Shown: positions 32,960 to 46,415 of the stretch, in pieces
Position numbering within the stretch: position 1 is the stretch's first letter
Layout: the number at the start of each line of letters is the position of its first letter
DNA from: the human T2T-CHM13v2.0 reference genome, Homo sapiens
Direction: 5' to 3' (one strand)
Assembly (NCBI RefSeq): GCF_009914755.1
Contig: NC_060937.1
Length of the DNA: 64,000 nt
Program-made: the position numbers and the translations under genes
Notes under the pieces: model-generated
Databases searched by the model: none
Seen by the model: only the letters and a program-made list of their open reading frames with translations
What the model was told of the DNA's origin: nothing

Positions 32960-33450
32960 GGGCGGGGCGGGGCCTGGAGCGGCCGGGCTGGGGGCGGGGC
33001 CTGGCCCAGAGGACGCCTTGTGCAGCCGGGCAGGGGTCGGGGCCTGGAGCCGCGGACCTCTGGAGCGGCCGGGCAGGGGGCGGGGCTTGAGCCGGAGGCC
33101 GCCTGGAGCAGCCGGGCGGAGGGCGGGGCTTGGAGCTGCGGACGCCTGGAGCGGCCGGTAGGTGGCGGGGTCTAGCCTAGAGGATGCCTGGAGCAGCCGG
33201 GTAGGGAGCGGAGCCTGGACCAGAGGACGCCAGCAGCAGCCGATTAGGAGGCGGGGCATGGGGCTGTCGACGTCTGGAGCAGCCGGGCATTGGGCTTGGG
33301 CTAGAGGACGCCTGGGGCGGTGGGCGCCTGGAGTAGCCAGGCAGAGGGCGGGGCCTGGCTTGGGTCCACGCCTGGGGCGGCCGGGGGCGGGGCCTGGCTG
33401 GAATTGACGCGTGGAGCTCCGGTGGAGGGGGCGGGGCTTGGCTGGGCCGC
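32960..33450. repeat. Degenerate ~43-bp tandem repeat (about 11 units) forming the GC-box array of the promoter
   Basis: The GGACGCC-like core recurs at about 33011, 33054, 33097, 33140, 33182, 33225 and 33268, then irregularly. Approximate consensus GGACGCCTGGAGCAGCCGGGCAGGGGGCGGGGCCTGGAGCCGC. Confidence 0.8.
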
Positions 33451-35234
33451 TGCCTACAGCGGCTTCCGGGGGTTGGAGGTCACGGGGCTCGGAGGTCACG
33501 GGGCTGGCTGTGTGGGGGGCTCAGGGACGTAGAGTGGCCAAGCAGCGGTCTGAGCGGGTCCCGGGGCCTCCGGCGCGGTGGGTCTCGGCTGCGCCCCGGG
33601 TGCGGACCATGATGTTTCCAGCCTGGAAGCCGGTCCGGGCGGGGAATCCCGGCTGCCGGGGGCGCAGGTTGAGGCTCTGCGGGCCCGCGCCCAGAGCGGG
33701 TGGGAGTCACGGGTCTCCCGGAGGCCCAGTAGCGCGCGGTGAAGTTGTCCAGTAAAAATTTATGGAGCGCCTACGGGGAGCAGGGATTCTCGTTAAAATC
33801 TGGGAATCAGCAAGCCCTAGTTCCTTACAGAGCAGGACAGATTCCTCGGTTTTGTCCGAGGGACGCCTTCTTCGGAACCGAGTGCGGTGGGCTAGGACTA
33901 TACGTTTGCAAGTTTAAGAGATAAGCGAGAAGACCAGACAGAGCAAACAATAAAAGGCTTTTTGTTGAGAACTGTATAAATGTAAGGGAGTACTAAATCC
34001 CCTATTTTGAATGACAGTATCACGGACTTTATTACATATGTAATTTTATTCTGATTATGAAAGCATCAGTAATTTCACTATTGAGGAATAACCACAATGT
34101 TTATGAATATTTCCTTTGCTTCTAAATATGCGGTCTTTTTAAATCATGTATTTTATTTCATTTGTATATATAGTTTTTCGCTGTGTAAACTTCCTTTTTG
34201 CAAAATTCTACGTCACAAATTGAACTTTAACAAGGCAATTAGATGTCTAGGGAAGTACTGATGCACGAGAAAGCATATTGCAGCATTGGTTAATAAAACG
34301 AAAAAATAGAAACCTAAGATTTAACAAAGGGAAGTTGTTAACTAGTGGTGTAAACACTCAACACAGACATGTCTTCATACAGCAAACATTTGTTGAGTAC
34401 AATGCTGAATGAAACACATTGAGAAACACTCTATAGTGGGGAAGTAGCAAATATTTCAATTCAGTGAGCAATTGCTAATGAATGGAAAATATGACACATA
34501 GAATCTATCTTCTCCCAGGGAGTTTGTAATCTGTTAGTGAAGCAGGAAAGAATAATCAAGCAATACTTTTTTGTTTGGACCAAAAGGGTGAGAATAGACT
34601 ATAAACTCATTTCAGGTTTTGTTTACTCTAGAACGTAATCATTTTTCTTCTCACATGCCATGTTGATTTTAATCTAATCTCTTTAAAATATATCCCCCTG
34701 ATTTCCATCTTTCTTAGGAGAGAGGTGTCCCATTTTGCGAAAGGACGTGAGTGTATCTTGTCCTCCATGTAATGAAAGGGAGGGATTACTTGCTAGGCTG
34801 CATTCTGGGAATGGTGAAACAGAGACGGTGGTAAGTCAAGGAATTTGTCCAAGGGCAAACTGCATGCCTGTGGCAGAGCTTAGAATAATATCCAGACCTA
34901 GGTTCCAACCCACTGTTAGATTTTTTTTAACTTTGGAATTTATTTTGCATAGAGTATTAAGGGCTAGGAAGATAAAATAGGTTATAGTGATAGGGTACTT
35001 CGTGTACGTCTTTCCTCACTTCAGATGACTGGGTTTTTTAAAGGATTATTTAGACTATATACATATTTATTTAGCTGTACAGGAGTAGACTGACATATAT
35101 ACGTGGTGATGGATCCCCAAGACAGATCCTGTAACTGTGGCAGGAGGATTGTGGATAGGATGGTGTCTACTGACTATTCCCAATGCCAGTGATCTAATTG
35201 GTTGGTCACCCAGATTTTGCTCAACTCTGATAAT

Positions 35235-35790
35235 TGTCAGATGCATTCCAACTAGAACTACTCCATCTTAAATGGGGCTGGGTAAGATGAGGCTGAGACC
35301 TATTGGGCTGCATTCCCAGATAGTTAAGGCATTCTAAGTCACAGGATGAGATAGGAGGTCAGCACAAGATACAGGTCATGAAGACCTTGCTGATAAACAG
35401 GTTGCAGTAAAGAAGCCAGCTAAAACCCACCAAAACCAAGATGGTGACGAGAGTGACCTCTGGTCATCCTCACTGCTACACTCCCACCAGCGCCATGACA
35501 GTTTATAAATGCCATGGCAACATCAGGAATTTACCCTATGTGGTCTAAAAATGGTAGACATGAATAATCCACCCCTTGTTTAGCATATAATCAAGAAATA
35601 ACCATAAAAATGGGCAACCAGCAGCCCTCGGGGCTGCTCTGCCTAAGGAGTAGCCATTGTTTTATTCCTTTACTTTCCTAATAAACTTACTTTCACTTTA
35701 CTCTGTGGCCTCACCCTCAATTCTTTCTTGAGTGAGATCCAAGAACCCTGCCTCTCCTGTGGTCTGGATTGGGACCCCTTTCCTGTAACA
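35235..35790 (+). mobile_element. MER41 (MER41A-like) ERV1 solo LTR
   Basis: TGTCAG...ctccatctt...gaccttgctgataaa...gccatggcaac...AATAAA...cccctttcctgtaaCA matches the recalled MER41A consensus. Confidence 0.85.
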
Positions 35791-36557
35791 ATCATTACCA
35801 ATCTCAGATTTCCTTTGAGACTCTCATTTTTTAAAAGCTCCAAAGAGAAGAAGAGTAGATTCATAACATCTTTTTCATCTGATGAAGCAACCATACACAA
35901 GCCAACTTAGGCATTTGAAGATACAATCCAAATCCATGAAAGAAAACAGGAAAACTCAAAACTTAACATATTAAGATTGCCTTTAGACTGGAATTTTTTT
36001 TTTTTTTCAAAAAAGGATTGCATTGTATGAGAAATTGTGGAAGTGGGGTAGGGCTCAGTTGTGTGAATGGCACAGTGATTCAGTGTCCATACGTGTGACA
36101 GACATTGATGGGCATCTCTTGAGTGTCGTTATTACACCAGGAGCAGTGCGCCCTGAGGGACGTGGGGTTGGAGAGCAAGGTAGGCCCCAGTTGATGTTCC
36201 ATATTAAGCATGCCATGCTAAGGAGTGGCTTTTTACTTTCAAAAAGTTTGGGAACCAATGAGGGGTTTTGTTGTGCCATTTAAGGGAGGGAGTGATGACT
36301 TGGGATGGAGGGGTGGGGGGACCCGGGTCAGACTTGCAGCTTGGCTATGAGGATGGAGATCAGGGAGCCCACTGTGACAACACCTTCAGGACTCAACGTG
36401 GGCCTGCAAGCCTTGCTGTTTTCTCCTCGGCCCCTTCTCCATTCCTATCCACATCCACTACGCTGGCAAATCCATCTTTTGAGAGGGCAAATCTGCTTAA
36501 AAATTGATGTAGGAACAGTTTCCAAAACTTGTCATTCAGATACCACCTGCATGTGGA

Positions 36558-36724
36558 TTTTTTTTTTTTTAGACAGGATCTCACTCTTGTCACCCAGGCT
36601 GGAGTACAGTGGTACAGTCATGGCTCACTGCACCCTTGACCTCCTGGGCTCAAGGGATCCTCCTGCTTTGGCCTCCGAAAGCCCAAAGCACTGGGATTAC
36701 AGGTGTGAGCCATGGCTCCTGGCC
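36558..36724 (-). mobile_element. Alu monomer (FRAM/FAM-like)
   Basis: Poly-T plus a single antisense Alu arm. Confidence 0.8.
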
Positions 36725-37149
36725 ATATGTGGACTTTTATATCTACATAGGATTGATATTTTTTTCTTAAAACTGGTTCACTTTTTTAAACTTAGCCACT
36801 TCATTCACATCCTCTCATTAATAAACCATTAGTGAGTTTGTGGTGCTAGTTACATTCTCTCCCTACCCATTTAAACAAATAGATATCAAAATAGAGTTTG
36901 ATCTATAAACCTTCCAAATTGGCTCCTGCCATTCGAGGTTTTCAGACCACACCTGGGAAAATGCTCCCAGCAAGCAAAGTCCAAGATCAGACCCTTGGCT
37001 GGGTGATGTCCTTACAGCCAGGGCCGACTGCCTGTCTTTGGACTTCTTGTTATGTCACTGCCCAGGGCTGTCCAGAGCATGTCCTTGACACTGGGGCTAC
37101 CTCTGCCTTGAAGGCTGCTCCCTGCCCTGTCCCAGAGTCCACTCCTTCT

Positions 37150-37875
<726 letters not shown>

Positions 37876-38053
37876 GGTCCTTGCTGGGTTCCACCTCTCT
37901 CGCCCGAGGTGGGGAGGCACCAGCCACCCCCTGGATGCCTCTGTGCACTGGCTTCTCCAGTGCTGTTCACTTCCCTTTCCAAAGCTGTTTCCCATGTTAG
38001 GACAGGAGCTTCTGTCCCCTGCAGGCAGGCCCGGGAGGATCCAGGTGTCTAGT

Positions 38054-38385
38054 CTTGAAAATGTTTTCAACTGATTTCTGAATTTCCCCATGTGGGTACC
38101 ATAGAGGAAAGTCCCTAGTGAGTCCCTAGCGAGTTATTAAAATGGCTTCTGCTGATCTTCCTGGGAGGGGTGCTGGTGGCCTTGCCATGCTCTCCTCCTC
38201 TGGCCGAGTGCCCAGCCACTGACCGGCTCCTGGCTGGACCGGGCCCTGGTACCTGGTGTGACTCAAGGGATTTATATCTTCCTCACCCTTCCTGAAATTG
38301 CCACTATTGTATTTATTCCTTAAGAACATTCTAGAAAGAAAAGCATTTACCCTCACAGGATTTCCCGTCACCTCCAAATGAAACA
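38054..38385 (+). repeat. Dispersed ~340-bp direct repeat, copy 1 (NF-kB + AP-1 motifs)
   Basis: Aligns to 39260-39612. GGAAAGTCCC at 38106 and TGACTCA at 38259. Confidence 0.85.
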
Positions 38386-39259
38386 ATTTAAAAACCAGAC
38401 AAGTAAATGTTACTTCTTTTTCTAATCGTGAAAGAGAGAGATTTTTAAAAAAATCCTGACTGTGGAGAGGCGTGCCTGAGACTGCATCCCCCTATTCATA
38501 TACTCTTGTAATTAGAAACATGCCAGAGATTTGCTTCTGTGGGCTTTAAGTGTGGAAACCAACGATTGTCTTTCCAGCTGCCCCCGCTCTGCTCTGGAGG
38601 GGAGCTCTTGGTGAGCCCCTTAAGCAGATAGAGGAGACTGCTCTGAAAATATTAAATACTTCTGGCTGATGCTCCATGTTCTGCTGAGCAGTGTCACAGA
38701 TGGATCTCTGTCTCTCTCTCTCTCTCTCCATCATTACTGTATCCCTCGAACGTAGGAAGTAGGACAGTGCCCAGCCCATATTAAGTCCTTAATACCTATT
38801 TCCTGAATGGCATGAAATTGAAATGGAAGACTGAGCTTCAAATCAGTTGATAGCTCCCTTCAGAAAGAGAGAAAGCACCATGGACCAGGGATCTCAAATA
38901 CAAAGAACATGAAGATTCTAGAATCTTACTAATCTTCCTGTCTTGCTTTTGTCTTGTTAAAAAACTGATTAGCAAAATCACTTTAAATTAGCAAAAGTGA
39001 TTACCCATTAAAAAAAAAAAAAAAAGGAAAAGTCCCCAGTTCTACTCAGAAGCAAGGGCAGGTCTGTCTGCTGGAGACTGACCGTGGCGTGGGGAGGGAT
39101 GGGTGGGCGACGGTGTTGAAGGAAGGAAAGGGAAACAAGCTGCCAGCTGGTCCCTGCCACCTAAGGAAAGAGCAAACCACCGGAGGTGCTGCTGGGGGAG
39201 GATGACCCGCAGGTGGTTTCCTGACATCTTGACCTTTAATTTAGTAACCCAATGCAGTC

Positions 39260-39612
39260 CTTGAAAATGTTTTCAACCGATTCCTTAATTTCCCCATGTG
39301 GATACCATAGAGGAAAGTCCCTAGTGAGTCATTACGGTTATTAAAATGGCTTCTGCCGATATTCCTGGGAGGGGTGCTGGTGCCCCCGCCACCCCCCACA
39401 CATGCTCTCCTCCACTAGCCGAGTGCCCAGCCTCGAGTCAGGGCCCACTGACCCGCTTCTGCCTGGACCAGACCCTGGTACCTTATGTGACTCAAGGGAT
39501 TTACATCTTCCTCACCCTTCCTGAAATTGTCACTATTGTATTATTCCTTAAGAACATTCTAAAAACAAAAGCATTTACCCTGATAGGAATCTTCATGACC
39601 TAGGATAAAATA
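39260..39612 (+). repeat. Dispersed ~350-bp direct repeat, copy 2 (NF-kB + 2 AP-1 motifs)
   Basis: Aligns to 38054-38385. GGAAAGTCCC at 39312, TGAGTCA at 39325 and TGACTCA at 39488. Confidence 0.85.
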
Positions 39613-41068
39613 ATCCGCCCATCTCATGTTATAAGAGGACGTGGATGTCACCTTAAAACCGCTCATACCTCACAGCACAAGACTGAGTGAATGCAAGTCC
39701 CAGCCATGCAGAAGCACCAGGGCGTGGGGAGCCAAAGAGATCAAGTCACAGTGTGGGCTCTGCCTAGCAGAAAGATGGTTGATTGTCTCCCTTTATCCTA
39801 TAGCGCCTAAAACCTTCCACAACCCTCCAGGCTCTTCCAGACTTGAGCGCTGACTATAAGCTTAGCTAACTGTTTTACAGAGCAGCCAGAAGCAGGGATG
39901 GAAGCTGGAGAAAACAGCACAGCTCTGGCCCTGGTGCAGAGCCCGTGGATGACTACCGGGACAGTTCAATTTCTTGTTGTGACAGCCTTCTTTTTCTTTT
40001 CCCTGTTTCTGAAGGCTGGGTTGAAAAGAATATTGCAAAGAATATTGCACAGGGGGTTCTTCTGCTGGAGGAAGGGTTTCCTCCCTGCCCTGCCTTAGTT
40101 TCCTCATTTGTTAAAGGAAGACAATAATTATCCTGTCCAGGTAAAGGTCATTGTGAGGGTCAGGTGAGCTTTTGGGTGTGGAAGAATCTCTAGACTAGGA
40201 AGATGCTGGGTACTAATTGCTCTCCCAAGTGCCTTTATGAATTTACACTGCCAACAGCAATTCACCAAAATCCCAGTTCCCGATTCTTTCTGATACTAGG
40301 TATTGCTATTAGATTTTTTTTGTTTTGCTTTTTCATGAAGGCTAAATTGCAGTGGTAATGGCTGCTAGGGGCTTTGTTGTCAGAAACTGGCGCCACTGAG
40401 GGCAGGCCAGCTGCTGAGAACATCCCTGGTGCCTCTTGGGCTCCTGTGCCCTGCTCCTTGGACCTGGTGCCCCTGGGGGACTGCTTCACCTGGCACTGTC
40501 CTCTACACAGGCTGCTGCGGCTCCAGCATTCTGACCTCTGGCCGGGGGCAGTTCATCCCAACTGTAGGATGGCTGTTTCCTCTTCATTCTCCAAAGTGCG
40601 GCAGCACTCAGCCTGTGACTTTTATCCACACTGACTGCAGGTTCGGTGTGCTGGCAAGGACGTGTCACTCTACAGAGAATAACCGGGGCCAGAGACCCAG
40701 AGTTGCTCCTGTTTACTTGGACATGCCTTCCCCCTGCTTCACTCCAGCCTGACTCCAAGGAGCAGGGGGCGAGGACAGAGGAACAATTAGAGTTCAAACA
40801 CACTCAAAAATCTGTTCCAGGTGGATTAGACTTCAATGTGAAAGCAAAATGGAAAAAGATTTAGAAGAAAAGACAGCAGAACATCTTTATGACCTTAGAG
40901 GGTTGGAGGATTTCTCAACAAGACACGTAAAGCACAGCCATAGAAATGTCCAAACTTGCCTATAAGTAATAATATAATAATGTCTTTCAGTTGTTATTAA
41001 TAACTTCTTTCAAAGCAAAAGACAAGCTACAGAACAAGGGAAATTGTTTGCAATTCATTTAACACATA

Positions 41069-41417
41069 CAGTCATGCCTCGCTTAACAGCAGGGATACGT
41101 TCTAAGAAATGCGCCATTAGGCGATTTCCTCATTTCAGCATCTTGGAGGGCGCCCCCACAAACTTGGATGGTACCGCCTGTCACACACCGAGGCTAGATG
41201 GTGGAGCTTGTTGCTCCTAGGCTACTAACCTGTACAGCATGTTCCCATACAGAATACTGCAGGCAATTGTGACATAATGGTAAGTATTTGCATATTTAAC
41301 ATACCTAAACATAGGAAAGGTACAGTCAAAATATATTAATAGTATTATCATCTCATGGGACCACTATTGTATATGCAGCCTGTCATTGACCAAAAGGTTG
41401 TATGAAGGGCGTGACTG
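41069..41417 (+). mobile_element. Tigger3a-like Tc1/mariner MITE
   Basis: CAGTCATG...GTGACTG terminal inverted repeats, TA flanks on both sides and a length of about 349 bp. The interior matches recalled Tigger3a. Confidence 0.85.
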
Positions 41418-41559
41418 TAAAGCATTCGCATTCAGCATATTAAAAGAACTTCTACATATCAAGAAGAGAGAGATGAGCAACAGGGGCAAAGGATATTGAC
41501 AGGCAATGTACTGGAAACAGACACAAATGTCCAATAAGCAAGATGCTCAGAAATCAGTA

Positions 41560-42935
41560 ATTTATCTGCTCTACTGAATGGATTAGTCCCCTCATCAGGC
41601 AAATCTGCTGCGACCACTTACAGTGGTTCTCTACCTTAATATAAGCACACACACTCATCATACCCCCTTCTAGCTCCTGCCCATCCCTCCTCTGTCCTTT
41701 CAAAGGATTGTCTGCAGCCATCGTCTCCCAGGCCCTTCTCAACCCTTTCCAACTGGGCATTAGTCCGCAGCACTCCCAGGGATAACCAGTGAAATTCATC
41801 ATAGTCCTTCAAATCTGCCAAATCAAATGCTCAATTCTCTATTCTTATCTGGCTTTATCTTGCTGGAGCATGCAACAAGTTGCCCATTAGCTCCTTTTTG
41901 AAACACTCTGTCCTGGCTTCCATGACACACCAACTCTTGCTGGACCTCCAAATGTTCAAAGACCCCAGGGCTGGGTCCTAGATCCTCCATTCTCTGTATT
42001 TTCTTCCTAGGCAATGTCATTTAATCTCACACCTCCAAACACTACTTACAACTGGTGATTTCTGAATTTATGTGTCTAGCCCTGACCTCTCCTCTGAGCT
42101 CCAGACTCAGATCCTGTGGCTTAGTAAATATCTCCATTTGGATCTCTGAGGGGCATCTCTAGTCATGCCCCAAATTAAATTCTTGAGTCACCCTCCCCAC
42201 ACCTGCTGCCCATCCCACACATACATAGTGTTCTCTAACTCTGTAAATAACACCACCACCTATCCAGGGGCTTGAGTCCAGCACCTGCAGGTCAATACTT
42301 TCCCAACTCCCACGTGCAAACCATCTGCAAGCTCAGGGGGCCCTACCTCCAAATATATCTCAAGTCCACACACCTCTTTCTTTCTCCCCTCCTATCTCTC
42401 TGACCCATTCTCTCTCACTTAAACTGACACAGTAACCTCTCAGCTTTTCCTGTCCAGCAGCCAGAGGATCTTTTTATGATATAAATCTAATAATAGCGCC
42501 AGCTTAAAACCTTCCAATGCCTTTTCATTGAACTTGGAACAAAATACAAATGGCATAGAGACTTGGTTCCCCTCCAGCCCAGCCTTTTACTGCTGTCTCT
42601 TGCCCTCACTGAGGTTATGCAGGCCTCGGGCTTCCTGTTCCTGGACCCAGCTCTGTCTGCTGGGAATGCTGTCACCCAAAACTCACACTGCTGACTCCTT
42701 GTCTTTCAGGCCTCCCCTTAAAATGTCATCTTGGAGGAATGGTATGGCCTGAACCCCAGCCCGAGTCGTCTTCCACAGCGCCATCCTGCTTTGCTTTCTT
42801 CCCAGCACGTACCTCTGGAATGATCCGATTTCTCACTAACTGTCCTGGCCCCCTTGAATGGATGGCCCAGAGAGACAAGGCCTCCTTCACAGCGGATGCT
42901 CAGAATTTAACTAAATGATTTAACGAATAAATTTA
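41560..42935 (+). mobile_element. L2 LINE fragments
   Basis: Pyrimidine-rich L2-type sequence (cttcaaatctgccaaatc...ctggcttccatgacac...ctgagctccagactc...cttaaaaccttccaatg) ending in an aatga/gaataaa-like tail. Confidence 0.65.
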
Positions 42936-43029
42936 GGTAAAACTAAATTTACAGTGGAGTTTTGTCTTTAGGGATTGAGTGACAAATTCGAATCATTCGC
43001 TGCTTGTTTCCCAGTCAAAACTGCCCTTG

Positions 43030-43573
43030 TGTCTGAGGTGTGTGAACCAGGGCAACTCCATCTTGAATAGGGACTGGGTAAAATGAGGCTGAGACCTACT
43101 GGGCTGCGTTCCCAGATGGTTAAAGCATTCCAAGTCACAGGATGACATAGGAGGCTGGCACAAGATACAGGTCATGAAAACCTTGCTGATAAAACAGGTT
43201 GTAGTAAAGAAGCCAGCTAAAACCCACCAAAACCAAGATAGGGATGAGAGTGACCTCTGGTGGTCCTCACTACTACAGTCCCACCAGCACCATGACGGTT
43301 TACAGATGCCATGGCAACGTCAGGAAGTTACCCTATATGGTCTAAAAATGGGAGGCATGTATAATCCACCCCTTGTTTAGCATATAATCAAGAAATAACC
43401 ATAAAAATGGGCAACCAGCCGCCCTCAGGCCTGCTCTGTCTATGGAGTAGCGGTTCTTTTATTTCTCTACTTTCTTAATAACCATACTTTCACTTTAGGG
43501 AGTTGCCCTGAATTCTTTCTTGCAGGAGATCCAAGAACCCTCTCTTGAAGTTGGGGACCCCTTTCCTGTAACA
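43030..43573 (+). mobile_element. MER41 (MER41A-like) ERV1 solo LTR with CTTG target-site duplication
   Basis: TG...CA ends, CTTG at 43026-29 and 43574-77, and homology to 35235-35790. Confidence 0.88.
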
Positions 43574-43624
43574 CTTGCAAATCTCTTTCAATTGCTTGTA
43601 AAGGACAGTAGAAAGCTGTGTGGG

Positions 43625-44140
43625 CCGTAGCAGCTGCTGGCCACAGGGTGCTTTTGAGCACTTGAAATGTGGCCCGTCAGACTGAGGAACTAAATTTTAA
43701 ATTTTATTTAATTTTAATTTATTTAAATGTGAACTTAAAAACTGAAGCCTGATTCAGTTATTGGAAAATTCTTAAGTAGGTTTGGAACAACTTAGATCTG
43801 TGCATGGAACTCTTTCAAATGTAATGGTCTGGAATCTAAGTAAGGATCAACTGTTCTCAGTGAAACTTCAGTGCCCCATTGAGACGTGCTGTGAAACACA
43901 CACCGAACTTCCAAGGCTGAGTGAAAGTGAAGGAATATGAAATAGCTCATTAATCATTTTAAATGTTGAATGTATGTTAATATATGTAAATATGTTGATA
44001 TAATAAATTGATAATACTTAGGATACACTGAGTTAAAGAAAATATATTGTTCAAATTAATTTCACCTGTTTCTCTTTACTTGGGATGTGGTTAGGGAAAG
44101 GGTTTAAATAACATATATATCTCAAATTTTATTTTTATTG
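43625..44140. mobile_element. hAT-Charlie (MER3/MER33-like) remnant
   Basis: gagcacttgaaatgtggc...gactgaggaact...ttttatttaatttt and attaatttcacctgtttct motifs. Confidence 0.55.
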
Positions 44141-44146
44141 AGTGGC

Positions 44147-44592
44147 TGTGATAGTTGAGTGTCAACTTGATTGCATTGAAGGATGCAAAATATTGATCCT
44201 GGGTGTGTCTGTGAGGGTGTTGCCAAAGGAGATTAACATTTGAGTCAGTGGACTGGGAGAGGCAGACCCACCCTCAGTCTGGGTGGGCACCATCTCATCA
44301 GCTGCCAGTGTGGCCAGAATAAAAGCAGGCAGGAGAACTTGGAAAGACTAGACTGGTTTAGTCTTCTGGCCTCCATCTTTCTCCCATGCTGGATGCTTCC
44401 TGCCCTCCAATATCGGACTCCAAGTTCTATAGCTTTGGGACTTGAACTGGCTTCCTTGCTCCTCAGCTTGCAGATGGCCTACTGTGGGACCTCACCTTGT
44501 GATGGTGTGAGTCAGTACTCCTTAATAAACTCCCGTTTATATGTACATCTATCCTATTCATTCTGTCCCTCTAGAGAACCCTGACTAATACA
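44147..44592 (+). mobile_element. MLT2A-like (HERV-L) solo LTR with GTGGC target-site duplication
   Basis: TGTGAT...gagtgtcaacttgatt...cctgggtgtgtctgtgagggtgttgcc...ctagagaaccctgactaatACA. GTGGC at 44142-46 and 44593-97. Confidence 0.88.
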
Positions 44593-45154
44593 GTGGCACT
44601 GGGATATTGGAGACTAATATGTACCTCATCTATCAATAAATCACATAACTAGTTGTTTTGTTTCTTCTGCTAGGAGAATACTGTTTCTTTGGTTCAGTAC
44701 CAGACTTGACCTGGGGCCCATCTTGAAGAAAAAAATAAATGGCTTTAAAGAATGGAACCCCACCCAGGGTGGCAAAATGCCCACAAGAGACTCAGGAGGA
44801 TGGAGAGCAGCTGAGTGAACAGCAGGGCCAGGTCTTCTAACTCACTGCTGGGCTCCAGGAGCAGAGCCGTATATGACATTATCGTCTGCTCTGTGAATTG
44901 TTCTTCTCTCTTTCCCCTCTTCCCTCTCTGTTTACTAAGTATGTACAATTATACTTCTCTCTCCCCATAGAAAGATCTGGAAAATGATTTTCACCTGAGA
45001 GTTTTTGAATGGTACATGTTGGGGACATTTCTCTTTGGAACATTTCTATATTGCTTCATTTTTAAAATGAGCATTTTGTTTTGCCAAAAATAATGGTTCT
45101 TGTAACAAAGTCTAGACATTACAGAAATATATAAAGTAGAAAATGAACCTAAAG

Positions 45155-45725
45155 GCAGGAATACCAGTTGACCTAGCAATCCCATTACTGGGTGTATACC
45201 CAAAGAAATAGAAGTCATTCTACCATAAAGGCACATGTACTCGTATGTTCATCACAGCACTATTCACAATTGCAAAGACATGGAATCAACCTAAATGCCT
45301 ATCAATCAGTGATAGGCTGGATAAAGAAAATGTGGCACGTATACACCATGGAATACTATGCAGCCATAAAAAGGAATGAGATTATGTCCTTTGAAGGGAC
45401 ATGGATGGAGTTGGAAGCCATTATTCTCAGCAAACTAACACAGGAACAGAAAACCAAACACCACATGTTCTCACTTATAAGTGGGAGCTGAATGATGAGC
45501 ACACATGGACACAAAGGGGAACAACAGACACTGGAGCGTGTTGGGGGTGGGATCGAGGGAGGGAGAGCATCAGGAGGAATAGCTGAGGGATGCTGGCTTC
45601 ATACCTAGGTGATGGGATGATCTGTGCAGCAAACCTCCATGGCACACATTTAACTATGTAACAAACCTGCACACCCTGCACATGTACCCCTGAACTCAAA
45701 ATAAAAGTTGAAGAAAACAAAAAGA
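45155..45725 (+). mobile_element. L1PA/PB 3' end (ORF2 C-terminus + 3' UTR)
   Basis: ORF-track peptide WIKKMWHVYTMEYYAAIKRNEIMSF...KHHMFSLISGS is the L1 ORF2p C-terminus. G-rich 3' UTR, AATAAA and A-rich tail follow. Confidence 0.92.
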
Positions 45726-45812
45726 AAGTGAGATGAAAGCCCCTTGTAATTCTATCCTAGAGGTAATTTCATTTGTTGTATACATTTCCACACACACACA
45801 TAGATATAAATA

Positions 45813-46041
45813 CAGATTGAGCATGCCAAATCAAAAAACCTGAAATCTGAAATAGTCCAAAATTCAAAACATTGAGCACCAGTATAACACTCAGAGGAAA
45901 TGCTCATTGGAGAATTTTGGACTTTGGATTTCTGGATATGGGATGCTCAACCGGTAAGTATACATAAGGCGAATATTCCAAAAACTCCATATCCAAAACA
46001 CTTCGGGTCTTAAGCATTTTGGATGTGGGGTACTCAACCTG
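45813..46041. mobile_element. Tigger4a/MER46-like MITE
   Basis: CAGATTGAGCAT...TACTCAACCTG inverted termini with TA flanks. Confidence 0.75.
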
Positions 46042-46415
46042 TATCTTTATATATTAATATACCCATGATTTTTCAAGTAAAATGGAATCATATTACACAC
46101 ACTGTCTGTAACCTGAGTCATTTACTTAACAAATTTCAGGCTTTTCAGGCTGGTAATAGACATCTCTACTATTCTTTTTAATAGCTGTGCAATATCCCAA
46201 TATGTGCCTGTAGCATAATTTATTTACTCCTCCTTTATTGGTGAATTCATCTCTTTTTGCAATGATAAACAATTTTGAGGTGAATTTATTTGTGTATGGT
46301 TCTTTGCTTGTTTGTCTCATTTCCTGAGGTGGAATCTCTGGGCCAGTTTTATGCACATTATAATGGCTTTTCCAGGTCTCATTTCCTGGAAAAGTTTCAG
46401 ATTTCCTTCCAGAAA

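Noticed and set aside
32960-33450. CRISPR-like repeat-spacer array
   Set aside because: The context is eukaryotic, and the units are degenerate tandem copies with no unique spacers or cas genes.
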